A DNA stretch of 64,000 bases, taken from the human T2T-CHM13v2.0 reference genome, Homo sapiens. The notes under the pieces are model-generated. The model was not told the DNA's origin. It ran no database searches and saw only the letters and a program-made list of their open reading frames with translations. Positions 27,320 to 40,831 of this stretch are shown here, piece after piece. Position 1 is the first letter of the stretch, and each line of letters begins with the position of its first letter. The translations under genes and the position numbers were made by a program. The stretch lies in assembly GCF_009914755.1 (NCBI RefSeq), contig NC_060942.1; one strand, written 5' to 3'.

Positions 27320-27480
27320 ATCTCCTGGTAATAACTGTGGCCTTGGGCAAGTTACTTAATAGTTCTGAGCTTGTTTGTTCTTTACAAAATAAAGATAATA
27401 ATAACCTCATACGATTATTGTGATTATTTAATTTGATAATCCATAGAAAGTGCATGCTAGGACTCAGTGAATGCAAATTA
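27320..27480 (+). mobile_element. MIR
   Basis: CTGTGGCCTTGGGCAAGTTACTTAA...TTACAAAATAAAGATAATAATAACCTCATA. Confidence 0.8.
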
Positions 27481-27929
27481 TCCCTAATTTCCAGTCCTAG
27501 GTAGCTTTTACCATCTAGGTAAACCCTGCTGCAGCACCAGTGACTTCTGGAAAAGCTAGATAATTTTTCCTCTGAGATAGTATAGAATATTCATCATCAA
27601 CATTAATTTATACATATCAAAATGAAGATTATAAAAAAGAAAAGATAAGATTTGGAAGTAGAAGAAAATTCTGTAAAGGGAAAGGAACAACATAGACTAA
27701 GCTGGAGTGACTTGAAAAATTCCTCGCCATAATTTAAACTTCAAAGATCAATTCCATTCCTGATATTTATAATAGTAATGACTTCTGAAAGCTTGTGGCA
27801 AAAATATCCTAAGATATAGTCTCATATTAACCCTTAATAGTCTCTTTGTTGCAACAGAAATTACATTGTGAGGTTGTAGTTTTATGTCCCTCCTTTCTTC
27901 ATTTCTTCTTCTTTTTAAAAATTATTCTA

Positions 27930-28620
27930 TCGAGGCCAATATCATATTTTCTTGGATTACCAAAATCACTTTCCCATTGTCTTTCATCTTGCCTTTTACC
28001 AATTCAATCCCCGCATTACAGCAAATGGAAACAATTAAAACAAAGTGAATATGCCATTCCACTACAATCCCCTATCTTAGTGATAACTTCATCATGTTTA
28101 GGATAGATTCTAGAATCCATATTTCTTTTTGTTTTGACGCTTCTCTGTGCCTACTCCATGACCCCTTATTACTTTCTCCCTTTATATACTAAACTCAGCC
28201 ATACAAAATTTCTTTCACATTTCCTCAGTTGGACTATGTTCTCTCAGAATCTTCTGATTCTTGCGCATGCCAGCTACTCTTCAAGGAATATGCTTCTTTT
28301 CTCCTTTTATCTGGACTATTCCTATTCTTACTCAATCTGTCTATTTCAATGTTACTTTCTCAGGGAATCCTCCCCTCTTTGTTCAAGTTTATGTTAGACA
28401 CCTCTTTAATGGGTCCTCATAAGACCTGGTACTTCTCCTACCATTGCATTAATCACACCCAGTATTCTAAAGACTCGTTACTCATGTGTTATTCTTCGTT
28501 ATGCTATAAACTTAAGACTAGGACCTTGTCCAGCCTGCTTATAATTGCCTCCCCAAAGTCTAGTTCAGTGACTGAAACATAGAAGGTGGTTAGTAATATT
28601 TGTTGAATATATGAATAAGG
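27930..28620 (+). mobile_element. L2 3' portion
   Basis: TTGGATTACC...CAATTCAATCCC and terminal TAATATTTGTTGAATATATGAATA. Confidence 0.65.
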
Positions 28621-30177
28621 GAGGCATTTTTTTCTGGGCTGCAGATGGAACCCGGGAACATTACAGGAAAAAAAAAAAAAAAACAAAAAAACAGCAGGCA
28701 GCAGGCAATCCTGAGGGGTAAATCATTGCATGGATAAAGGCAGACAGAGACAACATTTTTCCTACCACCATGTTTTTCTATATGCTAGTACCAGTTATGT
28801 ATGTGGTGTATCTTCCTTATAATATTGATCTCTGTCATGTTACATTTTGTATTATCATCTCAAAATGAGCAAAAGTATACTGTGTGCTGTGCAAAATGAT
28901 GCTTAAACTGATTAGTACTCATTTCCTATTATGGAAGACCCCTCAGTAAAGCTTAACTTCTCAAATACCGGTCAAATGGCAGCACATCAGTGCCAGACTG
29001 AAGCAAAATGAACTCCACTCAAATTTTTGAAGCCAGTCTTTACCCTCAATGAGAGTCAACAAAGTTAGAAAGCTTTTCAGTTCAGAATACAAAACACCCA
29101 TTGCACATTTTATATTCTCTATTTCTAGGCTAACTTATTAGAGATGCGTATACCATTTGCTGTTGCTTTGTGACATTGGCAAATGCTTTTAAATCTTCTA
29201 AATGTTTTTTAAAATGTGTGAAATGTGTTCTTTTCAAGGACATGAAAGTGAACTGAGGCCAAGTGGCAGTGGGCGTGTTGGCTATAAATCTACTCAATAC
29301 ATAAATATATGCATATTGAATTTTTCATCACTAGCAGACTATAAAATATCTACCTTGTTGAATGTGTTATTTGTAATGTGCAAAGTTCACACAGCTAAGA
29401 GAACCATAACTTTTGCATTCATATTTTGGTCTGTGACATGCAAAAGTGAGTTTATTTTTTCTGAAACATAAAACTAGAGTTTTCTGAATATAATACTGCA
29501 TCAGATTAAGAGCTAGCAATGGAAAATATTTTGACTATTCAAGAATAGGTTGTAGAGTATTACTTTATATTAATTGTAAGACTAATGTTTTTCTTTTCCA
29601 ACATATTTAAAATTTATTAAATTATCGTTTCTTTAATTTTCTGAATGTGTGTAATACATACAACAGGTTTTTTTCAGAATTTCATCATAAAAATTATCTA
29701 TTTACATATTATGCTGTATAAACACTCTCTCCATTATACATACATGTGTCAAATGCTAAGAATTATAATATTTAGACTTTTAGTGGATGGCTTGGTCCAC
29801 CATGGTTATTTGCCACTTGACATCCTGTAAAAAGGAAAAAAGACCCTTTTTTCAGTTAAGTAGGTTTCAAAGAAACTGTCTCCTCTTAAATAAGTAAAAG
29901 GGTAAAAAATCAGTGAGGACAGCATTGTCCTTTGGAGAATGGACCTTGCCTTTAGGTTTTTGTAATCTACAACTGATTTAATAAGATTTATTCTTTTTGT
30001 GATTTATGAAACACTACTTGTAGTTGAGAAATAATTCAGCATTATTCTGGACAGGATATGAAGAATGACTCTTTTCAGCCTTTAAAAGGAGCTTATTCTG
30101 CTATTCTTTTAGGCAAAGAAATGACTGCTAATCTTAGACACTATTCCCCTGCACATGGTCATATCTTGTTCCTGTGG

Positions 30178-30266
30178 ATGAAAATATTAATGAAATATTA
30201 ATTTAATATTAATTAATTAATATTAAAAAAATTAATTTCATTAATATTAATGAAAATATTAATTTT
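30178..30266. repeat. AT-rich nested palindromes / low complexity
   Basis: Perfect palindromes at 30202-30227 (26 bp) and 30236-30255 (20 bp). Confidence 0.9.
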
Positions 30267-30921
30267 ATACCTTTATTACAGTAAATGGTTTGAGCCACAG
30301 CTTAAAACAGGTACATGCTCCTAAGTAAATGGCAAAGGGTTTTACTGCACTCTGTACTACAGTACTTGCTGGAAGCACTTTTTTCAAAGTTGGCTATGAA
30401 AAATAAGAAAGACTCAAAATGTATAAATTGTTGCTTCCTTAACTTACCCTAGTGAAATAATTTTGATGGGTGGTTATGAATTTGTAAGTAATGTTTACTT
30501 CTGAAATGCCATAATTGCTTTTGGGACTATTTGAGGCATTTTGAATTGTATCTGTTTTTATTGTAATATGGAGTTGTATTGCCATTTTGTGAAGTGGCAT
30601 CTTTTTGATGCATGGAAGTTCTGCATGCATTTGTTATCCATCTTGAGGAAACCAGATAAGTAAATATTACAACTATAACTGAAATGCTTCTTTTTTTACG
30701 TGAATAAATGAAAACCATTTTGAATCTGAAGGCAGAAACACTCTATCTGCAGACTGACAAATTACATATTTGTTTGGTTTCAAAAAACTGGTGTCCGGCT
30801 TCTACACTGTGATTCAGAGAAATGTCTGTCTCCTGCCTGACAAAGCCTCTGAGATGGAAGAGCTCTCTCCTTGATGGAAGTCAAAGAGGTCAGCTGAAGG
30901 GACCATAAAGAATGAGGACCC

Positions 30922-31239
30922 AGCCGAGTGTGGTGGCTCACGCCTGTAATCCCAGCACTTTGGGAGGCTGAGGTGGTACATCATGAGGTCAGGAGTTCGA
31001 GACCAGCCTGACCAATACGGTGAAACCCCGTCTCTACTAAAAAAAATACAAAAATTAGTCTGGCATGGTGGTGCATGCCTGTAATCCCAGCTACTCAGGA
31101 GGCTGAGGCAGGAGAATCACTTGAACCTGGGAGGCAGAGGTTGCAGTGTTGCAGTGAGCTGAGATCACACCACTTCACTCCAGCCTGGGTGACAGAGCAA
31201 GACTCTGTCTTAAAAAAATTAACAAATAAAAATAAAAAA
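30922..31239 (+). mobile_element. AluS (Sg-like)
   Basis: CATCATGAGGTCAGGAGTTCGAGACC, A-rich tail, TSD GAGGACCC at 30914-30921 and 31240-31247. Confidence 0.93.
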
Positions 31240-31879
31240 GAGGACCCTTTTCTATACAATTACTATTGAATGGTATAATACCACACAGTCTTTCCATCTG
31301 ATATACAATAGCTTATCTATATTGCTACATCACAAAATTCCGTTCAGCTTTCTATTCTTTCCATAAACATTTATTGCACACATAACTTTCTGCAAATATA
31401 ACTAAGAAGTAGTTTTCTATGATCCCTCTGAACACTCAGAATGTATGATTCTGTGATTTATCTGCCTTTAAGATAACCCCCAAACACTGACCATGTTAAG
31501 TAATATTTTTCATATGTGGTTTACCCTAGAGATGTATAGCCTTAATTTCTTAATAGCTAAAGCATTGTAACTAGCCTTTGTTGAAAGCACTGCCTGGTGG
31601 AAAACTGATCAATCAAGTCAAAGGAACTACCAGAGTTTTAACTTCTGACATGTACTAACGGTTAAAGGTGATTTTCTGGAAGTCAAACATCAAATTTGTT
31701 ATGAGATAAGAATGATATCTGGTAGAGCAACTTGTTTTTGTTGAGGATTGTTTGGACAATAAACAGAACAATTTATATAATACAGATATTCTTGGTCAGA
31801 TAAGGCATGGATTAGGTAGGTGATTGGCTATAGAGGTATTTAAAGGGAATATGTTTGAAGACAGAGATTCCATCTATAC

Positions 31880-32044
31880 CAGTGCTTCTCAAGCCTTAAT
31901 GCGGATATGAATCTCCTGAAAATCTCCTGTGAAATTCAAACTCTGACTTAGAATTTCTCAGTTGGTACCCAAGACTGCATTTCTACCAAGCTCCCACGTG
32001 ATGTCAATGGTACTGGCCCATTGACCACACTGAGAGAATCAAGG
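31880..32044. mobile_element. MER5 (B-like) hAT-Charlie MITE
   Basis: CAGTGCTTCTCAAG...GACTGCATTTCTACCAAGCTCCCACGTGATGTC...GACCACACTGAGA. Confidence 0.75.
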
Positions 32045-32745
32045 AAGACAATGTTCCAAAGAACTCAAAAACTGTGGACAGTTTCTTCACCAATCCAGTG
32101 GGCAGGACAAAATAATAATTTAGTAAAGAAGTTTGGCAAAGTAGCAACGATGTTCTGTTTTCTTTGCTAAACTTCCAGTGTTTCTTCATAGAGTTCATCT
32201 CTGTATATTGATGACAATAGAAAACCCTTATTCTTCAAATGCAATGACATTATTAACTTAGTTTCTCTTAGGCATGGCTTCATTCATTCATACTAAATCA
32301 GGCTATGAGAAAACATCAATAACATTTTCAAAAGAAGGATCAAAGTTATCATGAACTATAAACCAGTAAGAAGAATCTAACTTTCAGACACAGTTCTATA
32401 ACTTATTAAGGGGCTAGCTTGTAAGTGCCTAAGAAAGGCATACACAAAAGCAGGACTTCCTGAGTGTCTATCAAAACAAGGCACGTTTCAATAGCTGAGT
32501 TTCTTTGTCTGTAGATATTTCTGGTCCAGATTTCCACCAAATATTTGACAGTGTTCCCTTCATTACATTTGAAAACAAAATGTAAAAATGTAGATTAAAT
32601 AAAGGGAAGTTTGTTTCTACTGAGTAGTATTTGAATAACCATATCAAAATGAGGCTGATTAATTAAGGTACACTTAGTAGAAGTTTCTAGAACTAAACTA
32701 ATTGACTATATATTTTTTAATCTAACGTTTTAATTTATGTTTAAT

Positions 32746-33063
32746 TATCCCTTGGTAATTGGTTTCAGGACCTCTGGCAGACACCAAAATTCTCAAATGC
32801 TCAAGTCACAGGTATAAAATGGTACAGTATTTGCATGTAACCTATGCACATACTCTTGTATATTTTAAATTGTCTCTAAATTACTTTCAATACCTAATAC
32901 AATGTAAATGCTATGTAAACAGTTGTTATAATGTATTTTTTAGGGAATAATATGAAAAAAAGCCTGTACATGTTCAGTATAGATACATTTTTTTCCAAAT
33001 ATTTTCAATCTTCCATTGGTTGAATCCATTGATGCGGAACCCATAGATATGGAGGGCTGACTG
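32746..33063 (+). mobile_element. MER2 TcMar-Tigger element
   Basis: ATTGGTTTCAGGACC..ACCAAAAT..ATGCTCAAGTC and terminal GGTTGAATCCATTGATGCGGAACCCATAGATATGGAGGGCTGACTG followed by TA. Confidence 0.85.
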
Positions 33064-35854
33064 TATTAGATAATTATAATAAAGTGAAATTGACATCTAC
33101 ATTTTACATAACATTGAACTGTGAAGGATAGCAAAGATATCGACAAGCTGAAGTGACAAGTTACATATTGAACATTCATAAAAGTCAATGAATGCTTTTG
33201 TCTAAGGGTCTTTACCTTAAGGTTAGTTATAAAGTTTATTAACTCATAAAAGCAATTGCATAATTTTATAACAAAACTACCAGATTCTCAGAGGAGTCTA
33301 TGACTTTTAAAAATCACTGTTTATGTAATTTAGGAGAGAGGAAAGAGAGGATAGTCAAGAAGTTTCTCATGGAGGAGGTAGACTGAGCTTGTTCATGAAG
33401 TGCAGGCATGGGTGGACAGATGAGTAAGATGGAAAAGTGATAGCGCTTGCTTAAATTGTAACAATTGAGAAAAGCAGCATAAGGAAAGCTGTGAAATCAA
33501 AAATGTACATGGAAGGGACTATTCATGAAGAAGTGAAATGGTTGTATTAAAGTAAGGCAGGACAAGTCATCTAGAAAAATCATACTATTGTTACATGTTT
33601 AATTTCACATTATAGATATCAATTTATTTTCTCTTCATTATTTTAAAAATATAGTTAATAAAGCTTTTAACCCTCAAGAAACAAGTGTTTCATAAAAGAA
33701 TGAGACTGTGAGTAAACGAATGATACCTGATATGTGTTTTTTTCTTCAAACAGTACTAGTTACACAATAGAAAAAGGATTCTTCGGTACATCAGTCTCAG
33801 GGTTAAAGGCAGAGACGTGAAGTCAGTGGACCTCCTGCCTCACTGTGCTACAGACCTGGAGACATTCACTCCTCTAGTTTCATTTGCCTGAGCTTTTCTT
33901 TTTATTGCAAATTTCTCTCAACATTCTCGCTAACCCCTTTTGGCTTTCCTTGGCTGAATGTTTTAATATAAATCAAACTGGATTGGGAGGACTCTGTGTG
34001 TGTGTGCTTGCTGAGTGAAGTATAGCCTCAAAGTCACAGATGGCACATTAGAAAAAAGAAATATAGTAAAATGAGTAAAATATATTCTCATTCACAATTT
34101 CCTAGAGGCCCCTTGGTTGTTAATTGAAACTTTTGTCTACTTTATTGAACAATAAAAGTGGCAGCAACTACTCCCAGGTGTCCTTCAGTATTAAAAAGAG
34201 GATAAAGGGTTCCTGGCAAAGGTGACAGAAATTAATGCGGTGAGCCCAGCTATCAAACATTCTGATATGTGAATTGCCTGATATTTCTATAATGCCGTCT
34301 TATGATTGGAAATGTTATCGCTTCTATTGAATCAATAGAAAATGTTAAAGCTCCACAGAACCCCAATTACAAACTAAAGCTGGAAGGTTAACATCTGGGA
34401 GCAGCAGAGATAGAAACAATCTCTATTGTCGTACCTTCCTGACAAGTAAATGTCAGAAACATAACGCCTTCGCCTGGTCTCAGCACGGAGCCCATGTAAA
34501 AGAGTGATTGTAAGGCTGCCTCAAATCAAATCGCCTGTCATCTCAGCTTTGACATGGAATTACTTTTGTTTTATGCATCTATTAACCTTGAACTATCAGC
34601 ATTTGTTTTAATGTTACAGGCTGAAGTGACCTAAATGTTCTTCTCTCATGCAGAGGGGATCTGTGATAGAATAGAGCATGTGGCCCGAGTTGGGGCTGGT
34701 CTTTAAGGGAAGGCAGAGTGTCTGTGACTGGAAGGACCACATTTCTCCCAAATGACAATGCTCTGCTTAGAAGTCTACTATTATATGGGCACTTCTTTGT
34801 ATTTTTAAATACTTGTCCTTTTCTTAAGAATCCCCTGTCGGAATGCAAACCTCACACAACACATAGTGATGATACAGTTACCAAATAATCTATCTGAAAG
34901 AGGTTCTTAGAACAGTTGATAGAGAAGGGGCAGAAGGAAAAGATGGGCTTTATTTTTACTGCAGAAGTTGAGGCAGAGAGAGATTCACTAACTTGACTTT
35001 GACCTGAATCCTGATGTTTTACCATTTCACATCTATTTTTACTCTTAGTAGTCCTTGCATTTTTAGAAGTCCTACATCTTCCACATTATCTTGGCTGGCA
35101 TCCTTTAAGAATATCCAACTCAGGTTCCTTTCAACATCACACTAGATAAGGACCCCCCAAGTAGAAGTTTGGCAATTTTGTGACTGGCTTTAGTATTTTC
35201 TTTCTAATGTATGTTTTTTATGTATTTATTTATTTTTTATAAATCCCAAGCCAACTTTAATTTGACTCATTATCTCAAATTAGAAAGTACTTGGCTTTTT
35301 TAAATTATTTATCCAGTATGGTGGTAACTGAATCTATGTGCTAGAAATTCTACTTCACCCTTGATCCAGTTCTCTCTGTACCACAAAGCATATTTCGGGC
35401 ATATTTTGCCCAAAGCTAATTGTCAAAAACGACCCTGAACCTTTCTGAGGTACTGCTTCTTCACCTGGACATCCAGGTTAGATCCAGCCCCATCTTCTTA
35501 GGTAGGGAGTAATGGTGGAAAGTTCCATTTGATGCAGGGCCTATTGTCAACAGATAAATGCTTTATGATATTCAGTAGACAATTTCTAAGTCTTCCTGTT
35601 TGCGCTGTCTTTGACTTTTCATGGAATGTCAATTGCCTGCCTTTGTAAAATCTTGAATTCTCAGTTTATTTGCAAAATGTGATGACTACCATACCTTGCC
35701 TTTCCTGGTTAAGGATTTTGGCTCTACTCAGTTCCTGAGGTCTTCCATTGGTATCCACAGTAGCACGTGCACATGAGAGCTCTCTTGTTCCCATCAACCA
35801 CAAACTCTGACACCATGTTTCAGGGCACTTAATCACTCCCTTAAATGGCAAGCA

Positions 35855-36090
35855 TGTCTATGGCATGTGCTAAGTGGCAGACAATGTTATAAGCATTTAG
35901 CACGTACTACTTCATTGGCTGTCCACAAGAATCTTATAAAATAGAAAGTCTTATGATTCTCATTTGATAGGTGAAATAACTGAGGCACAGAGATGAGAAA
36001 CCCAAAAACTTAGAGGTTATAAGTGGTAGAACCTAGATTTGAGTGCAGACAGTCAGCCCTAGAAACTGTAATTTTAATACCCTGCTACAC
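35855..36090 (-). mobile_element. MIR
   Basis: ATGATTCTCATTTGATAGGTGAAATAACTGAGGCACAGAGA...AAGTGGTAGAACCTAGATTTGA. A further MIR-like piece lies at about 36140-36310. Confidence 0.75.
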
Positions 36091-37569
36091 ACCCACTACC
36101 AGCCATCCTAAGAACTTCAGGGGAGAAAAAGAACAATAGAGAATTTATTGAACGCCCACCATAAACGACACACTCTGCAAGGATTTCTCATGAGTATTTC
36201 ATTTAATATTCACAAAAAATCCAATTTTACAAAGCCTCCGCAAAGTAAAGTGACTTGCACCAGGAAACACAGTGAACTAAAACTCTGATTTCAAAGCTTA
36301 AAGTCTTTTCAATCTAGTGGAAGAGTCAGTATATTAATATAGACAAAAAGATAACACAATGGTGTACTAATTGGTGGTACTGTTGCATAGAGATTACATG
36401 CTAAAGCAATTTAGCATTCTCACCCTGAAGCTGGAGGAGTAAGCAAAGCCATGCATCCTTTCTCAGTGAGCCTTGCCCCTGGACTCCAAGAACACATCCC
36501 TGCTGACTCTGGGAGGACATTTTCCTGTGACCATTGCCTTTTTCAGATTCATTACCTATGCTATCACTTCATTTTAATAAGCCTCTATTGCCAGGAGTGA
36601 CTAATTTTATAGCAAGGATGTGAATTGCACAGACAGACAGGAAAGGGAATTTTTAAGACAATAGCTTTGAAAAATATGATGTCTCAAAGTCAAATTATAT
36701 ATGTGTTTAGTAAGTTCAACTTTGTAAAAACAGATTTTATTATTCATAGTTTGGCTCTATATTTTAGAGCCTTGATTACCCTAAAATTAGAACTCACGTT
36801 TATATTTCTTCTTTTTTCTTTGTGAGAACACCAGCTTTTGTGAACTGTTTTATATTAGCTCAATTCTAAAAGCAAGGTGGCTGACACTAACCTCCGTCGA
36901 ACCACAGCAACATAAAAATCAAATTGTAGTAAGTGATTTCATTTTTCTATGAGCAACCATAAAAATACTGTCCATCAGTCTGGAAAAGTACTGTCTTGGT
37001 GAAATAATGCCTGTGGCCCAGAAGTGAATAATTACTGTACCACTCATTCGGCAAAATTCTCTTTGAAGTTCGTAAAAGTTTACATTGAAGGAAACTGGAG
37101 TACTAGATTTGATCATGAAATATTTCTCTCTTTCAAGCCAGGGGATAATTAGGGAGATGTGTACTGCAAGAGTGATTGGATGAGTGTATCACCAGATAAG
37201 GTGATTTGAGCACATGATGGCGGGGATAAATGTAAAAAGACACAGTGTTACTCACATCGCAAAGCTCTAATTCACATTTATTCCAGCAGTCCTGCACACC
37301 AAATTGCTTATTTTCTCCATTGTATTTGTGGGCCTTAGGATCAAAGAAATCTAAGTCTTGCAGGCAAGTTTATGAAAACCTAGAATTCCAAATGTTTGAG
37401 GAGAACTATTTCTCGTGGGGGTCACACTGAACAAAGAGCATTGCTCATTTGCTTGCTCTCTTTTCTTTTAATTCAAACAGCACTGTTTATTGTGAGGTAA
37501 AGTGTTCTAAGATGACAGTGAGTTGAAATTCCAACAAGTCTGTGTTCAAGTTGTACAGAATACAAACAA

Positions 37570-37722
37570 GTACATATATCTGTGTATGTCTATATCCATC
37601 TGTATCTATCTATATTTATATCTTGTATCTCTCTGTATAGACACTCTGCAAGATATATACATATATACATATATACATATGGATATATACAATACATAAA
37701 GAGAGAGAGAAAGAGATAGAGA
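37570..37722. repeat. Low-complexity TA/TATC/(ATATATAC)n/(GA)n region
   Basis: Mixed simple repeats visible directly. Confidence 0.8.
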
Positions 37723-38439
37723 TTCAATCAATGAGACTTTACTGTGAAATTACCATATATCTAACATTGTGCAAGTCTCAATAGGGTATAAGATATAGGT
37801 TTTCCTATATCTCATATAGGAACATTTATCACTTAGACTCAACTCCCCCAAGACTTGCTTGGCAATTAAGACAAACCCATGCATATGAAAAAATTAGAGA
37901 ATGTTGCAAAATGATACATAGCTACCTACTATATTTTATGGCACAGACAGTGTTTCAGAGATTCATAAAAAGTAGATGATTCCAAAACCTTGAACAATAA
38001 GTATGTGTGGCTTAAAATCCTAGTCAATGACATAAAAGTAATGAGTTTACTTATCTATGTAGCCAGTATTTATTAGTAACTCTCAGAAAAGGTGTGGGAG
38101 ATTTTAGGGAAACAAATAAAGCACAATCCTATCCTTCAAAGAGTTTACAACTGAGTGGAAGAGACAGTCATGAAACAAGCATCCACTGTACAAAATATTT
38201 ACATTATTGTAAGCACACATCATTGGATGTGGCATTCGACTTAAAATCTGTGCCAGACCTATCTGATCTCTATGTGGGCAATATATTTGCAAGAAAAAAG
38301 CAACAACAGCAACAGAAGAATAAAATAAAGATCCAAGAGAGGAGAGACTTTGCAGGGCCACATCTACTATGAGACTTCTAGCCTTCATAGAATGCCCTTA
38401 TTCAAAAGACTAAGTGAAGGCCTTGTTTTGGTGTTATAA

Positions 38440-38771
<332 letters not shown>

Positions 38772-39199
38772 AAAAATAATTTTTAAATAGTTTCTGGCTC
38801 ATTTTGAGATTGGAAGTCTGGCATAGCAATTTAATACCCAAGAAATGAGTCATTAGATAAACAGATAAGTGAATTACTGATGCTACATTCCCTCTTTCCT
38901 TGAAGACTGAACCTCATAACAGTAAATTTTACAAAAAATCATTCATTAATGAGTCATACATTGCTTTTGCTTTTCTTTTCTTTTCAGTCCCTGGTATTAT
39001 AATTTAAACTTCATAACTCTTTGTCCTTGTTTCTCGTAAGTAAATTCTGTAAAGACAAATTCTGTTTTATATCATTTGGAATCCTATTCAGGCTGTGGAA
39101 AAATGCTCTGTATGTAATAATTGCAGCCCACCTTCTAAGAAAACACAATACAAACACACAAACACCCCTAATACATCAAAACTTAAGATAGATCTAGAT

Positions 39200-39360
39200 C
39201 TGTAACTCAGTTTCACCAAGCGCAAAACTGTGACTTGGACAAAAAATGATGTAAACTTCAGTTTTTTCATCTGTTAAATGGGGGTTATAATATCTATCCA
39301 ATAAAGATTTTGGGAAGGTTACATAAAATGACATTTTAAACAGCCCAGGAAAATGTTTTG
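39200..39360 (+). mobile_element. MIR
   Basis: CTGTGACTTGGACAA...CTTCAGTTTTTTCATCTGTTAAATGGGGGTTATAATA. Confidence 0.75.
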
Positions 39361-40831
39361 CCCAAGAAATTCCAGAACACTTTCTTTGACATTCCACTTA
39401 CTCATGCAAATAGACATACATAATAAAAGGGGTGCTATAGTCAGAGTCTGTATCTACTGCCACAAATACTGTGCAGTCCTCAACCCAGGGGTGTCCTACA
39501 CATAGAACACAAGGTGAGCGATGTCCTCTGAACTTGTCGATGGCCATAGCCCTGAATAGGGTCTGTTGGATTCTGAATTATTGAAGTCGACAGTGGACAT
39601 TATTCTATTTAAATGAAAAAAATTGGGGCTGGGTACAATAAAATAAATGTCAATCTAGCAAATTTTATGTATACATGGTCTACTGATGGCAATTCATACT
39701 CAATGTGTAATATCAGTGCTATATACTACAGCATTTTAGAACAAAATATCCATTTTGATAAGATGTTGATAGGAGTCAATTTTTATCAAAAATTCCTTCA
39801 GGTTCTATCTCTTTAGCAATTATGCATAAGCAATTTATATGTGGTTTATATTTTACTGTCTTCTCATTATCCCTCATCATATATTGTATATTTTTTTCAC
39901 CATATCTCTCTTTATGACATTGCTTTCATATTATTCTTTTATTCTGAATCCTTCCATGCTTTCAAAGACTGTCTCATTTTCCAACTCTAACCTCATTGGG
40001 GTGACTTCTTCCTTCTGCCCCCACAAAGCTGATCTTTCCCCTGACAGATTCAGAACTCACCATCCATATCTCTCATTTAATTCTTAGACAATAATCCAAT
40101 GCAGCCCATTTATTTCATTGTAATCTATCTTATTATCTAGTTTTAAAACTGCTGTGACCTGTTTTACAACTTGGAGTACAAACACACTTAGAGCACTGTA
40201 ATATTTCTAATTGATATTTTATTCCCTTCAGTAGTTCCTAAAGGAATTTATTCCCTTTTCAAGACTTAACCACCTTGACTCCCCATTACCCAAGCCCGGG
40301 GCTGGGAGGAAGAGTTTAATGAGATTACCTCCAACATGACTTCTTGCTGTCATATGAGGTGGCTATTGAGGAGTCACTCTTCAGGGCTGGGGCTTACAGC
40401 ATGTCTTGCTGGCTGTTTCAGATTCCTGCACAGGCAATCAAGATTCTTTAAGGGAAAATGACCTCATTCCTGCAGGAATGAGTTCCTGAAACCATATCCT
40501 ATGTTTGAACTCCTGATATATTTCATGCCTTTGTTTATCCATATTCTGTTCTGTTACAAGCTGATCACACAATAATGGATCACTCTAAATTACACGGTAG
40601 GGCTTTGTTTGCCAAAAGGACTGAGTCAGAGACAACTTTCAGTTCTCTTCTCAGTACCTCCTACATGTTTGTCTTAAGCCTAAATCTAAGATCTCCTCTG
40701 TTTCTTAGGGCAATTTAATTCAGAGAGAGTTTGTCTTTTCTTTCTACTTGGTTTTAGGAGAGGCTGCTCTGTCTCCTGGCTAGGCCTCTCTACTTCAAAT
40801 CTTGGACATCAGAGCTCAATGTGCTTCACTT

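Noticed and set aside
34478-34497. REST/NRSE site at CTCAGCACGGAGCCC
   Set aside because: Only the left half (TCAGCAC) matches; spacing and the GGACAG right half do not.
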